From an uncultured bacterium (GTDB lineage: Bacteria > Ratteibacteria > UBA8468 > B48-G9 > DSTR01), in the NCBI GenBank assembly GCA_964645405.1, contig CAZYCA010000044.1, positions 78,503 through 142,502 on the forward strand: a stretch of 64,000 nt of DNA, in the 5' to 3' direction. Position numbers and translations under genes: made by a program. Of the stretch, positions 36,501 through 44,589 are shown in pieces (position 1 is the first letter of the stretch; every line of letters starts with the position of its first letter). Below the pieces are notes generated by a model that searched no databases, had not been told where the DNA came from, and saw nothing but the letters and a program-made list of their open reading frames with translations.

Positions 36501-39347
36501 GCGTATGGTATCTCAGGAGATTTACCGATTGTTCTGGTGCGCATCAGCGATGCTTCACGGGTGGAACTCATCAGACAGATTCTGCAGGCTCACGGTTACT
36601 GGCAGGCCAAGGGGTTGAAAGTTGACCTTGTTATCTGGAATGAAGAAACTGGTAGTTACCGTCAGCAGCTGCATGATTTAATCATGAATATTTTAGCCGG
36701 TTTCCCCAATACTCAACTGGATACTCCAGGTGGTGTTTTTGTGCGCCGTATTGATCAGATGACAGAAGAGGATAGACTTCTCATGCAGGCTGCAGCCAGA
36801 ATCATTCTTCAGGATAGCAGAGGGTTACTCCCAGACCAGATAAGTTACAGAGCTACTGCTGAACTTCCGCCTCTTATGATTCCGGAAAAGAGCCGGCGCC
36901 TGGAGGCAGGGGAAGGACTATCCAGAAGGAAGGATTTAGAGTTTGCTACTGACTATGGCGGTTTCACCGCTAATGGCAGAGAGTACGTTATCCATGTCTG
37001 GCGGAGAAGGTTACCTCCTGCTCCCTGGGTAAATGTTATTGCCAATCAGGTTTTCGGGACAGTAGTTTCAGAATCTGGTTCTGCTTACACCTGGGCGGAA
37101 AATGCCCATGAGTTTCGCCTTACACCCTGGTACAACGACCCGGTCTCAGATGTAAGTGGAGAAGTGGTATATCTCCGGGATGAGAAAACAGGATACTTCT
37201 GGTCAGCTACACCTCTTCCCGCAGGAGGACCATTTCTCTACAGAGTTACCCACGGGTTTGGTTATACGGTTTATGAGTACCAGGAAAACTTTCTTCATTC
37301 CCAGATGTGGGTGTTTATTGCTCCTGATATGCCGATAAAGTTTTTTTATCTGAAGCTAGATAATAACTCCTCACAGGCAATGAGGCTTTCGGCGACAATC
37401 TATGTGGAATGGATATTGGGACAGTTACGTTCTCAGACAGCCATGCATGTTTCTACAGAGGTGGATTCCCGAACAGGGGCTATCCTGGCGAGAAACCATT
37501 ACAATATAGAATTTGCTAATAGGGTTGTTTTCCTGGATGCAGGTGAAGCGGAACATGAGTTTTTAGAAAGAAGTGTTACCGGAGACCGCACAGAATTTTT
37601 GGGACGAAACGGCACCCCTGTAGCCCCGGAGGCCATGAAACGGGAACGTCTTTCCGGTAGAACTGGAGCAGGCTTTGACCCGTGCGGTGCAGTGCAGGTT
37701 TTCTTTGACCTGGAGGCTCAGGAGAGCAAGGAACTGGTTTTTGTTCTGGGAAGCGGGCATAACCTGGAACAGGTGCGCAGTCTCCTGCTCCGTTATAGAA
37801 ATGTTGCTGCTGCCAGGTCTGTCCTGAAAGATGTGCAGAACCGCTGGAGACAGTTACTCAGTGCAGTGCGGGTGGAAACACCTGATTTAGCGTTGAATAT
37901 TATGGCTAATGGATGGTTGTTATACCAGACGTTAGCCTGTCGGTTTTTTGGCCGGAGTGCCTTCTATCAGTCTTCAGGTGCCTACGGTTTCCGGGACCAG
38001 TTACAGGATGTGATGGCTCTGGTTCATGCCACACCTTCCCTGGTACGTCGTCATTTGTTACGATGTGCTTCCAGGCAGTTCCGGGAAGGAGATGTGCAAC
38101 ACTGGTGGCATCCGCGAATTAGCCGGGGTGTCCGCACCAGAATTTCTGATGACCTGCTCTGGTTGCCGTTAGCCACCAGCCGGTACATAGCTACCACCGG
38201 GGACAGGGAGGTGCTGGGACACCAGGTGCACTATCTGGTAGGTCGTCCTCTGGGAACCGGGGAAATAGATTATTATGATTTGCCCTATCAATCAGAAGAA
38301 ACAGGTTCCCTTTATGAACATTGCCGGCTGGCTATCCGTCGCGCCTGCCGGTTTGGACCACATGGACTGCCTTTAATGGGAAGTGGTGACTGGAATGATG
38401 GAATGAACATGGTAGGAATTGAAGGTAAAGGGGAGAGTGTCTGGCTTGGTTTCTTCCTTTACCATGTGTTAATGGAGTTTGCTCCGGTAGCTGAAGAGTG
38501 GGGAGATAAATCCTTTGCCGAAGAATGCCGTCAGATAGCCAGAAATTTACAGGAAAATATTGAGAAACATGGATGGGATGGAAAATGGTACAGGAGAGCT
38601 TATTTTGATAACGGGCAAGTCCTTGGTTCTTCAGTCAATGAGGAGTGCCAGATAGATTCCTTACCTCAGAGCTGGGCAGTTCTTTCCAGGGCTGCAGGAA
38701 GGCAGCGGGCTATTCTTGCTCTTTCCTCAGTAGAGGAATATCTTGTAGACGAGAAAGCTGGACTTATCAGGCTTTTATTCCCACCTTTTGACAGAAGTCA
38801 CCTGAACCCGGGGTACATAAAGGGCTATGTCCCGGGTGTGAGAGAAAATGGTGGTCAGTATAACCATGCTGCTTGCTGGGTGGCTATGGCTCTGGCACAT
38901 CTTGGTGAGGCTGATAATACCTGGAAAATTTTCCGGTTGCTGCATCCCATTTATCGGAGTGAAACTACGGAAAAAGCTGAACGTTATGCTGTGGAACCCT
39001 ATGTCATGGCAGGGGATATTTATGCTGTCAGTCCTCATACTGGAAAGGGAGGCTGGACCTGGTATACCGGAGCTAGTGGCTGGATGTACCAGCTTATACT
39101 GGAATCACTCTTGGGTTTAAGAAGGAAAGGGCAGATGATAGAAGTAGTTCCCTGTGTCCCTGAAAACTGGCTTTCTTACAAGATTCATTATCGCTTCGGG
39201 AAAAGCATCTATCATCTGGATATAATCAGAAAAGGACCGGGCAGTTCAGTCAAAACTGTTCTTCTGGACAACCAGTTTATCCAGGATAAAGCCTTTCCCC
39301 TGCAGGATGATGGGAAAGAACACCAGGTGGAAATTCACTTTGGCTGA
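30576..39347 (+). CDS. cgs: Cyclic beta-1,2-glucan synthase-like giant (about 2920 aa): N-terminal cytosolic domain, TM segments, GT84 glycosyltransferase, second TM cluster, helical middle region, C-terminal GH94 phosphorylase-like domain
   Basis: GT84-like region TLIVFPVILSDSKTVEQLLENLEVQYLANRDEHIHLGLLTDFKDS with DxD in VVTLDADCQ. Hydrophobic clusters near aa 440-490 and 830-1000. GH94 N-domain ANQVFGTVVSESGSAYTWAENAHEFRLTPWYNDPVSDVSGEVVYLRDEKTGYFWS and catalytic-region YQSSGAYGFRDQLQD. Start taken at the ATG at 30576 (RBS GGAGGAGGGGA 4 nt upstream) rather than the TTG at 30537. Confidence 0.7.
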   Translation: MVNFHMEELRRSLPGMAGKGKGNGSLRSNREAPLRAELLSIEQLKRHAVELARRHTAEIKAGENLLLARLDKNEEILLQAFTELSQAVEKQQELVPAAEWLIDNFYLIQEQIRLARKHLPRSYSQQLPSLTRGPLTGYPRVYEIASELIAHSDGRVEDRNLYTFVAGYQTESFLTLGELWAIPIMLRLALIENIRRIASRLINSRAARTEAAYWVNQMSKAVEQSPDNLILVVADMARANPVLNSSFVAEYARLLQGQSAVFVLALTWLEQRLAAEGSSIEQQVRLENQTQAADQVSISNSINSLRFLDGMDWHEFVEGVSVVESILRTDPADVYSRMDFATRDRYRHAVEKLAKFSGQKEEQVAQKAIELARTCRQQNGEDIKYSHVGFYLIGPGISELEKGLGVPLTFCRRLKLWCQKKVFLWYAGSIGVITLALSLFILRAIGYLPLWLAIFTLFLLFVVCSQLAVALTNWMTTLFVKPVLLPRLDFSRGLPPECRTLIVFPVILSDSKTVEQLLENLEVQYLANRDEHIHLGLLTDFKDSFQEKEPEDEVLLHEVKEGIRKLNRRYRSQGQDIFFLFHRDRTWNPKEKCWMGYERKRGKLLGLNMLIQEGRKDAFTLILGEMETLRKVRYVVTLDADCQLPREAVRKMVGCLEHPLNKPRYEEKKQTVVEGYGILQPRVATSLTSANRSLYARFFSGEPGLDPYTRVVSDVYQDLFQEGSFVGKGIYHVETFTRALKERFPDNLILSHDLLEGCYVRCGLISDVQVYENFPARYSADVKRRHRWIRGDWQILAWLFPRVPGRREKWVVNPLNSISRWKIFDNIRRSLFPPFLLLLVLVGWLFLKPVWIWTVLTSGLIFLPLFLNAACGMLQRSREMYWLAALRIAFRSAGKYFIQACFFLVFLPYEAFLSLDAITRTIWRLLITRRGLLQWVTSVESEKKSESNLSEFLKLMWVAPLISIASLVSLTVFSSVSLLFAEIFIWGWLFSPVVAWWLSQPLVIWETGLNEQQIYFLRRVARKTWSFFQTFVNAGTRYLPPDNYQEYPVRRVAYRTSPTNIGLTLLSTLAARDLGYLTGSHFVFRLQQTLNTLQRLKRFRKHFYNWYDLKTLEPLAPVYISTVDSGNLAGHLLVLHQALLEMCDSPIFAEQSLAGLGDTLYVLLEVAGQAEKHQLRQLPVFSRVMRAGWRELTTQMEQPVKSLTGMFSLLEKVKEMHQVMEGELRTRDREVNRWQRLLREHYQSLEEELNTISPWVRLLAERPQNNLWAESVRKTLEKLCQLVDENLPLRKLANLSAELEGYLSDLRDYAAASQASDLLKWLEKLSSAIEKGASKAEQRLQDLTSLAERFAEMADMDWDFLYDRSSRLLSLGYHVAERRKDAIYYDLLASEARLASFVAISLGLLPQEHWFALNRLITGEGENAVLVSWGGSMFEYLMPLLVMPNFRGTLLDQSCQAAVRRQIEYAAERGVPWGISEAAYNAVDSSRNYQYDSFGVPGLGLRAGLAEDLVVAPYASALALMVTPARACQNLQRLRKEGMEGRFGFYESVDYTPGRLVPGQEKAIVRCFMAHHEGMSLVAIANTLLNLPMVRRFRQNPFFRSAELLLQERVPDVEPFQWPAEELPRYRRTSEKQAALMRIFTEPDTPMPEIHLLSNGRYTVMVTNAGGGFSRWQDILLTRWREDYTRDNWGLFFYVKDVSTGQFWSIGHQPALRPGRRYEVIFSQARAEFRRVDGDFVTHMEIAVSPEDDIELRRISITNRSWSTRTIELTSYAEVVLDQASSDATHPAFSKLFVQTEILKQRQAIICTRRPRSEKERGLWFFHLVTIHGEPARSVTYETDRMKFLGRGRTPAEPVALERELSNSQGPVLDPIVAIRCHLTLEPDETRVVDFISGVATERDKAELLLERYHDPDLASRVFSLAWTHSQVVLHQLNTTEADAQLYGRLAGSIVYGGPQRRAPAGILLRSRGRQSALWAYGISGDLPIVLVRISDASRVELIRQILQAHGYWQAKGLKVDLVIWNEETGSYRQQLHDLIMNILAGFPNTQLDTPGGVFVRRIDQMTEEDRLLMQAAARIILQDSRGLLPDQISYRATAELPPLMIPEKSRRLEAGEGLSRRKDLEFATDYGGFTANGREYVIHVWRRRLPPAPWVNVIANQVFGTVVSESGSAYTWAENAHEFRLTPWYNDPVSDVSGEVVYLRDEKTGYFWSATPLPAGGPFLYRVTHGFGYTVYEYQENFLHSQMWVFIAPDMPIKFFYLKLDNNSSQAMRLSATIYVEWILGQLRSQTAMHVSTEVDSRTGAILARNHYNIEFANRVVFLDAGEAEHEFLERSVTGDRTEFLGRNGTPVAPEAMKRERLSGRTGAGFDPCGAVQVFFDLEAQESKELVFVLGSGHNLEQVRSLLLRYRNVAAARSVLKDVQNRWRQLLSAVRVETPDLALNIMANGWLLYQTLACRFFGRSAFYQSSGAYGFRDQLQDVMALVHATPSLVRRHLLRCASRQFREGDVQHWWHPRISRGVRTRISDDLLWLPLATSRYIATTGDREVLGHQVHYLVGRPLGTGEIDYYDLPYQSEETGSLYEHCRLAIRRACRFGPHGLPLMGSGDWNDGMNMVGIEGKGESVWLGFFLYHVLMEFAPVAEEWGDKSFAEECRQIARNLQENIEKHGWDGKWYRRAYFDNGQVLGSSVNEECQIDSLPQSWAVLSRAAGRQRAILALSSVEEYLVDEKAGLIRLLFPPFDRSHLNPGYIKGYVPGVRENGGQYNHAACWVAMALAHLGEADNTWKIFRLLHPIYRSETTEKAERYAVEPYVMAGDIYAVSPHTGKGGWTWYTGASGWMYQLILESLLGLRRKGQMIEVVPCVPENWLSYKIHYRFGKSIYHLDIIRKGPGSSVKTVLLDNQFIQDKAFPLQDDGKEHQVEIHFG

Positions 39348-39352
39348 AATAC

Positions 39353-40270
39353 TTATTTCCCTCTGATTAAGCAGGCTACTTCATGTCCCGGTTCTATCTC
39401 TTTCAGAGCAGGAATATAGTCCAGACAGCAATTTTCAAACTCAGGACAGAAACAGGCATAAGGACAACCCTGGCTAGGTATGGTTCTCAAGGCTAACCGG
39501 GTAACTCTGTACTGAGAAGAAGCCACCAGAGACATAGTATAAGGATGAGCGGGTGATCTGATAATCTGGCTGGACTTTCCTATTTCCACAATTCTTCCCC
39601 GGAACATGACCGCAATTCTATCAGCAAGAAATTCCACCACCTTTAGATTATGGGAAATGAAAAGGTAAGTTAAAAAGTATTGCTCCTTCAGTTGCAGAAA
39701 AAGATTGAGAATCTGTGCCTGAACAGAAAGGTCCAGATTGGATGTTGGTTCGTCGCATACCAGAAATTCTGGTTCTGGACCAAGCGCTCGGGCAATCGCT
39801 AACCGCTGTCTCTGTCCTCCGCTGAACTGGTGGGGCAAGCGGTCAAAATCATCAGTACTCAGCCCCACATCCAGAAGCAGTTTCCTTGCCCTTTCTTTTT
39901 TTTCTGAAAAACTACCGGCAGCTGCCTCCATAATAATTTGACCGGCTTTCATCCTGGGATTGAGAGAACGGTAGGGGTCCTGGAAAACTATCTGAAAGTT
40001 TTTCCGCAGCCCACGCAACCTGCTTTCTGGAAGATGTGTTATCTCTAAAGTGCGAAAGAAAATCCTGCCAGAACTGACGGGAAGAAGCCTTAAAAGTACT
40101 TTCCCGAGCGTGCTTTTTCCACTCCCACTTTCACCGACCAGTCCAAGGGTTTCTCCCTGGTAGAGACGCAGGTCAATGTCCTTCAGAGCCTCCAGTCTTA
40201 TTGCCCCGCCCAGGGGGTCTGTCAGCTGGTATGTTTTATTAACTTTTTTCAGTTCCCAGAGTTTTTCCAT
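39353..40270 (-). CDS. ABC transporter ATP-binding protein, OppF/DppF type
   Basis: Walker A GESGSGKST, ABC signature LSGGQRQR, Walker B FLVCDEPTS, and a C-terminal Cys/His-rich Opp-type extension. Confidence 0.8.
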   Translation of the reverse strand: MEKLWELKKVNKTYQLTDPLGGAIRLEALKDIDLRLYQGETLGLVGESGSGKSTLGKVLLRLLPVSSGRIFFRTLEITHLPESRLRGLRKNFQIVFQDPYRSLNPRMKAGQIIMEAAAGSFSEKKERARKLLLDVGLSTDDFDRLPHQFSGGQRQRLAIARALGPEPEFLVCDEPTSNLDLSVQAQILNLFLQLKEQYFLTYLFISHNLKVVEFLADRIAVMFRGRIVEIGKSSQIIRSPAHPYTMSLVASSQYRVTRLALRTIPSQGCPYACFCPEFENCCLDYIPALKEIEPGHEVACLIRGK

Positions 40271-41204
40271 AGCGAAAACACCTTACCTTGATATCATCTC
40301 TCCTGAATACCGGCGGCTGGCTGCAGGTACATACGGGCAGTCTGTATCTACAACGCGGGTGATAGGAGCAACCAGAAGGTAGTCTCCGGAAATCAGGTAC
40401 AGAACCCGGGATGGCACTGATGGTCTGTTTCGGCTGATACTTTTCCGGAAGGCACCCGATGAGGTTTTCTGTGTAAGGATGCAGTGGTGAGGAAAAAATT
40501 TTCTTCGCCGGTCCGATTTCCACAATCTGTCCTGCGTACATAACAGCAAGCCTGTCACCGAAATGACAGGCCAGGGCGATATCGTGTGTAATCAGAAGAA
40601 GGGCAAGTCTATGCTTTTCCTGGAGGGTTTGAATAAGAGTCATAATCTGAATGGCAGTGGTGACATCAAGAGAGGTAGTTGGTTCATCTGCAATGAGAAG
40701 AGCGGGCTGGTTAATTAAAGCCATGGCAATCAGGCTACGTTGTTGCATCCCACCACTTAACTGGTGAGGGAATTGCCAGTAATGCATAGGTTTTAAGCCC
40801 ACCTCTGTCAGAGCCTGGAATACCTTCTCTTTTTTTTCTTTTTTTGTAAGTGGTGCTCTGATAGCTTCTGCAATCTGGTTGCCAATAGAATACACCGGGT
40901 TAAGGTAAGAAGATGGTTCCTGAAAAATCATTCCTATTTTTTTGCCTCTGATATTCAGCATATCTTTTTCGGCAAGATTAACAAGGTTATCTCCCAGCAG
41001 GTTTATCTCTCCCCGGTCAATTCTGGCATGCCGGGGCAGGAGTTTCACAATGGAAAGGGCAGTCAGAGTCTTCCCGCAACCACTTTCTCCTACCAGAGCA
41101 AGACTTTCCCCGGATTGGATGTCAAATTCCACTTCAGAAAGGATATTAACCGGGATCTTGCCCTGATGATAAAAGGAAACCTTTAGATTTTTAACGTTTA
41201 ACAT
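40239..41204 (-). CDS. ABC transporter ATP-binding protein, OppD/DppD type
   Basis: Walker A GESGCGKT, signature LSGGMQQR, Walker B LLIADEPTT, and a C-terminal Opp-type CxxC...C extension. Confidence 0.8.
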   Translation of the reverse strand: MLNVKNLKVSFYHQGKIPVNILSEVEFDIQSGESLALVGESGCGKTLTALSIVKLLPRHARIDRGEINLLGDNLVNLAEKDMLNIRGKKIGMIFQEPSSYLNPVYSIGNQIAEAIRAPLTKKEKKEKVFQALTEVGLKPMHYWQFPHQLSGGMQQRSLIAMALINQPALLIADEPTTSLDVTTAIQIMTLIQTLQEKHRLALLLITHDIALACHFGDRLAVMYAGQIVEIGPAKKIFSSPLHPYTENLIGCLPEKYQPKQTISAIPGSVPDFRRLPSGCSYHPRCRYRLPVCTCSQPPVFRRDDIKVRCFRYGKTLGTEKS

Positions 41205-41213
41205 TTAACATCC

Positions 41214-42281
41214 TTACCAGTTCTTAGGGTCAAGTACATCCCGGAGGCCATCTCCTAAAAAGTTAAAGCAGATAACCGTGAGGAAAATGCAGCCACCAGG
41301 TATCAGCATCCAGGGTGCACCTGTTAAGATACGGAGATTGCCAACACAAATAGAAAGCATGTTGCCCCAGCTGGGGTATGGTTCCTGAATTCCTAAACCA
41401 AGCAGGCTTAATGTTGATTCTCCCAGGATATAGCCCGGAATGGAAAGTGTTAAGGCTGTGATAGTGTAGGAAAAGGTATTCGGGAGTATATGTCGGGTAA
41501 TGATACGAAAGCTTGATAATCCTAAGGCCCGGCTGGCCATCACAAACTCTTCTTCTTTCAAGGAAAGAACCATCCCCCGGATGACCCGCGCCAGGGAAGC
41601 CCAGCCAATTAAACTCATAATAACGACAATGAGCAGGTAAAGCTGGAGGGAAGAAATATTTGGTTTGAACGCAGCGCGTAAAGCCAGAAGAAGATAAAAC
41701 CCGGGGAAGGTCATGATGATTTCTACCAGCCGCATCAAAACAGTATCCAGACGTCCCCCTATGTATCCTGAAATTCCGCCGATGAGAAGACCAAGGAAGA
41801 AAGAGATGGACACACCAATCAGACCAATGGAAAGGGAGATTCTGGCCCCATGAAGAACACGAGAGAAAACATCCCGGCCGTGCAAGTCTGTCCCGAAAAG
41901 AAAAATCTTACCTTCCGGCGCCACACCAAAGAGGCGGCGGCCACCAGAAGGGAAAAACATAATTTCGTAGCGCGTGGAGAAATCCTCCTGATATTCCTTT
42001 AAAGCTGGATTAACAATTGCTATCCGGTAAACAAACGGTCGCCAATGGAAACGACCGTCTCTGTCAAAAAAGTGGATTCTTGTCGGCGGGCAAAGAGAAT
42101 ATTCCCGGAACTGGCTATCATAAGGATAGGGTGCAATAAAATCAGCCAGAAGAGCAGCTAAGTAAAGCAGAAGAAGAAGCACCAAAGACACGCAGGCTGG
42201 TCTGTTTGCTCTTTTTAACCGGTTCCAGAAGTTTATCATAAGTTTCCCCTTTCTACTTGAGGCGAATGCGTGGGTCTGCAA
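41214..42281 (-). CDS. ABC transporter permease, OppC/DppC type
   Basis: Multi-TM protein with the binding-protein-dependent permease EAA-like region (SRALGLSSFRIITRHILPN). The real start may be MINFWNRL at 42239, which would avoid overlap with the upstream gene. Confidence 0.75.
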   Translation of the reverse strand: MQTHAFASSRKGKLMINFWNRLKRANRPACVSLVLLLLLYLAALLADFIAPYPYDSQFREYSLCPPTRIHFFDRDGRFHWRPFVYRIAIVNPALKEYQEDFSTRYEIMFFPSGGRRLFGVAPEGKIFLFGTDLHGRDVFSRVLHGARISLSIGLIGVSISFFLGLLIGGISGYIGGRLDTVLMRLVEIIMTFPGFYLLLALRAAFKPNISSLQLYLLIVVIMSLIGWASLARVIRGMVLSLKEEEFVMASRALGLSSFRIITRHILPNTFSYTITALTLSIPGYILGESTLSLLGLGIQEPYPSWGNMLSICVGNLRILTGAPWMLIPGGCIFLTVICFNFLGDGLRDVLDPKNW

Positions 42282-43218
42282 TTACCAGAAGGATATCCGC
42301 TATGAGGTTTCCAGCTACCAGCAAAAAACCTCCTATGAGAAGGGAAGCCATAACCAGGTAAAGATCCTGAGACAAAACTGCATCCAGGATGAGACGACCC
42401 ATTCCTGGCCAGTTGGTTATGATTTCCACCAAAGCAGCACCGCTTAAGATACTGGAAAGTTCATAGCCAAAAATGGTAATCATCGGATTGATGGCGTTCC
42501 TTAAAGCATGCTTGTAGAGAACAACAAACCGTGGCAGTCCTTTGGCATGGGCCGTCAGAATATAGGGACTGCCCAGGGCTTCCAGAAAGTTATTTTTCAT
42601 CAGGCGGTAAAGAGAACCTGTGCCCGCAAGTGTTAAAGCCAGGCCCGGCAGTAAAAGATGGTGGAGATAATCTATGAATTTTTGCCAGAGACTGGCCTGT
42701 TTCCAGAAGATACTGGTGGTGCCACCAACAGGTAAAACCAGGGTGCGGGCAGCAAAAAAAACCAGAAGCATTGCCAGAAAGAAGGAAGGGAGAGAAATAC
42801 CAACATAAGCTAAGCTGGATAAGAGTGTTTCCTGCCAGCGGCCATTTTTCTGCGCCGCATATATACCCAGGGGTATGGCTACAAGCCAGGTCAGAGTAAT
42901 GGAGAAAACAGAAAGGCTGATGGTGTTTAGCAACCGCTGTCTAATCAGAAAAGCATTAGGCACATGGTAAGCAAAAGATTCACCGAGGTTTAAAGTAAGG
43001 ATATTCTTCAACCAGTAAAAATACTGGACCATAACAGGTTTGTCCAGGCCAAAATTCTTTTCCATGGCAGCAATGGTTTCCGGTGAAATCTGCGGGTTCA
43101 TCTTCAGCTGGGTGAAATAGTCTCCAGGAGCAAGATGGATGATAAGAAAGGAAAGCAACGTCATACCCAGGAGAAGCGGGATAAACTGCATCAGACGCCT
43201 GAGGATATACCTTCTCAT
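42253..43218 (-). CDS. ABC transporter permease, OppB/DppB type
   Basis: 321 aa, six predicted TM segments, motif AHAKGLPRFVVLYKHALRNA typical of DppB/OppB. Confidence 0.75.
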   Translation of the reverse strand: MRRYILRRLMQFIPLLLGMTLLSFLIIHLAPGDYFTQLKMNPQISPETIAAMEKNFGLDKPVMVQYFYWLKNILTLNLGESFAYHVPNAFLIRQRLLNTISLSVFSITLTWLVAIPLGIYAAQKNGRWQETLLSSLAYVGISLPSFFLAMLLVFFAARTLVLPVGGTTSIFWKQASLWQKFIDYLHHLLLPGLALTLAGTGSLYRLMKNNFLEALGSPYILTAHAKGLPRFVVLYKHALRNAINPMITIFGYELSSILSGAALVEIITNWPGMGRLILDAVLSQDLYLVMASLLIGGFLLVAGNLIADILLVIADPRIRLK

Positions 43219-43221
43219 TTT

Positions 43222-44286
43222 TTAACTTAGCCAGCGGGAAAGATTTTCCCTGACGAAATCATCGTCCGCCAGATGGCGATAAAGGTGGTAGACTCTTACA
43301 ATTTCTTCTTTCTGTCCAGGAGAAAGAGTTTCCCTGGGGTCAAGGCAATAGATATTAGTGAGCAGCCCCTGCTGATAAAGAATCTGATGAATTCCAGGGA
43401 GACAACCAGCAAAGTTATGGGTAGCATCAAAGACAGCGCTATTACAATCGGTGATAGCAGCAGCCAGAGTAAGCATCTCTTGTGGTATCTTCTGGCCGGA
43501 TTCTCTAATTTTTCTTATCCTGTTAAATATTGCGACTGCCTTTTTTGTCCAGAAAGCCCAGTGTCCAAGAAGACCACCCTTTATCTGAATTTTTATTTTA
43601 CCGAACTGATAAGTGGTCAGAAGGTCAAGTACAATATGGTCGTCGTTTCCGGTATAAAGGCAGATTTCCCTGTGTCTGCCTGAATCAGCCAGGGCTCTCA
43701 CTACATCCACTGTCTGGTACCGGTTGAAAGGAGCAATTTTAATACCCACGACATTGGGAATCTCCAGAAATTTTCTCCAGAATACATATGATAGTACCCG
43801 ACCGCCAACCGCGGGCTGTAAATAGAAGCCGAAAAGGGGAATAATTTCTGCCACTTTCTGACAGTGGTCCAGTAGCTGACTTTCAGATTCCTTTCTGAAG
43901 GCAGCCGGACTTAAAAGTCCAGCGTGGTAGCCGAGTTCTCTCGCCAGCCGGGCTTCAGCAGTAGCCTGTCTTGTTTTCCCGCAGATTCCGGCAATGGCGA
44001 CCACGGTATTTTTGAGTTTTTTGTTATGCTGGCTGATGGTAGAAGCCGCCAGTTCCAGTACTGGCCGGTAAAGTCCTACCTCTGGTTTATGGATGGCAAA
44101 CTGGGTGGTGTGCACGCCAATTGCTAAACCGCCACAGCCAGCTTCCAGATAATACCTGGTCAAAACCTTCTGCCGTCTTTCATCCAGTTTTCTAAATTTA
44201 TTCAGAGCCAGAGGATGTGCTGGAATCATCAGTCCAAGCCGTATTCTTTCCAGAATATCTTGCGGTGGTAAAGGGTAGTTTGGCAT
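43222..44286 (-). CDS. Dihydrodipicolinate synthase / N-acetylneuraminate lyase-family (DUF993-like) TIM-barrel protein
   Basis: [11 protein letters not shown] resembles the DHDPS GTTGE region. VVGIKIAPF aligns with the Schiff-base lysine motif (IVGIK). The call is by eye only. Confidence 0.45.
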   Translation of the reverse strand: MPNYPLPPQDILERIRLGLMIPAHPLALNKFRKLDERRQKVLTRYYLEAGCGGLAIGVHTTQFAIHKPEVGLYRPVLELAASTISQHNKKLKNTVVAIAGICGKTRQATAEARLARELGYHAGLLSPAAFRKESESQLLDHCQKVAEIIPLFGFYLQPAVGGRVLSYVFWRKFLEIPNVVGIKIAPFNRYQTVDVVRALADSGRHREICLYTGNDDHIVLDLLTTYQFGKIKIQIKGGLLGHWAFWTKKAVAIFNRIRKIRESGQKIPQEMLTLAAAITDCNSAVFDATHNFAGCLPGIHQILYQQGLLTNIYCLDPRETLSPGQKEEIVRVYHLYRHLADDDFVRENLSRWLS

Positions 44287-44305
44287 CAGCTCATCCTTTT
44301 TGACT

Positions 44306-44334
44306 TTGACATAGGCTATAGTTTATTGTACTAT
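44306..44334 (+). promoter_or_regulatory. sigma70-like promoter (TTGACA 44306-44311, 17-nt spacer, TACTAT 44329-44334) placing the transcription start at or next to the rpmA ATG, giving a leaderless mRNA
   Basis: Read from the sequence: tTTGACAtaggctatagtttattgTACTATataagcATG. No Shine-Dalgarno sequence lies between the -10 box and the ATG at 44341. Confidence 0.45.
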
Positions 44335-44340
44335 ATAAGC

Positions 44341-44589
44341 ATGGCACGCAAAAAACAGGGTAACGGAAGGGATTCCAATCCTAAAAGACTGGGCACCAAG
44401 GTTTTTTCTGGCCAGAAGGTGAAAGCCGGAGATATTATTGTGAGGCAGAAGGGCTCCCGGATTCAGCCCGGTAAGAATGTTGGCCGGGGACGGGATTTTA
44501 CCCTTTACAGTCTGGCTGAGGGAGTAGTTCAGTTTGGTGTGAGGAAGGGAAGAACTGTTGTGAATGTAGTTAGTTTTTCCTCCCCATGA
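44341..44589 (+). CDS. rpmA: 50S ribosomal protein L27
   Basis: [65 protein letters not shown] matches the L27 consensus. The ORF-track start at 44326 is 5 codons too long. Confidence 0.9.
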   Translation: MARKKQGNGRDSNPKRLGTKVFSGQKVKAGDIIVRQKGSRIQPGKNVGRGRDFTLYSLAEGVVQFGVRKGRTVVNVVSFSSP

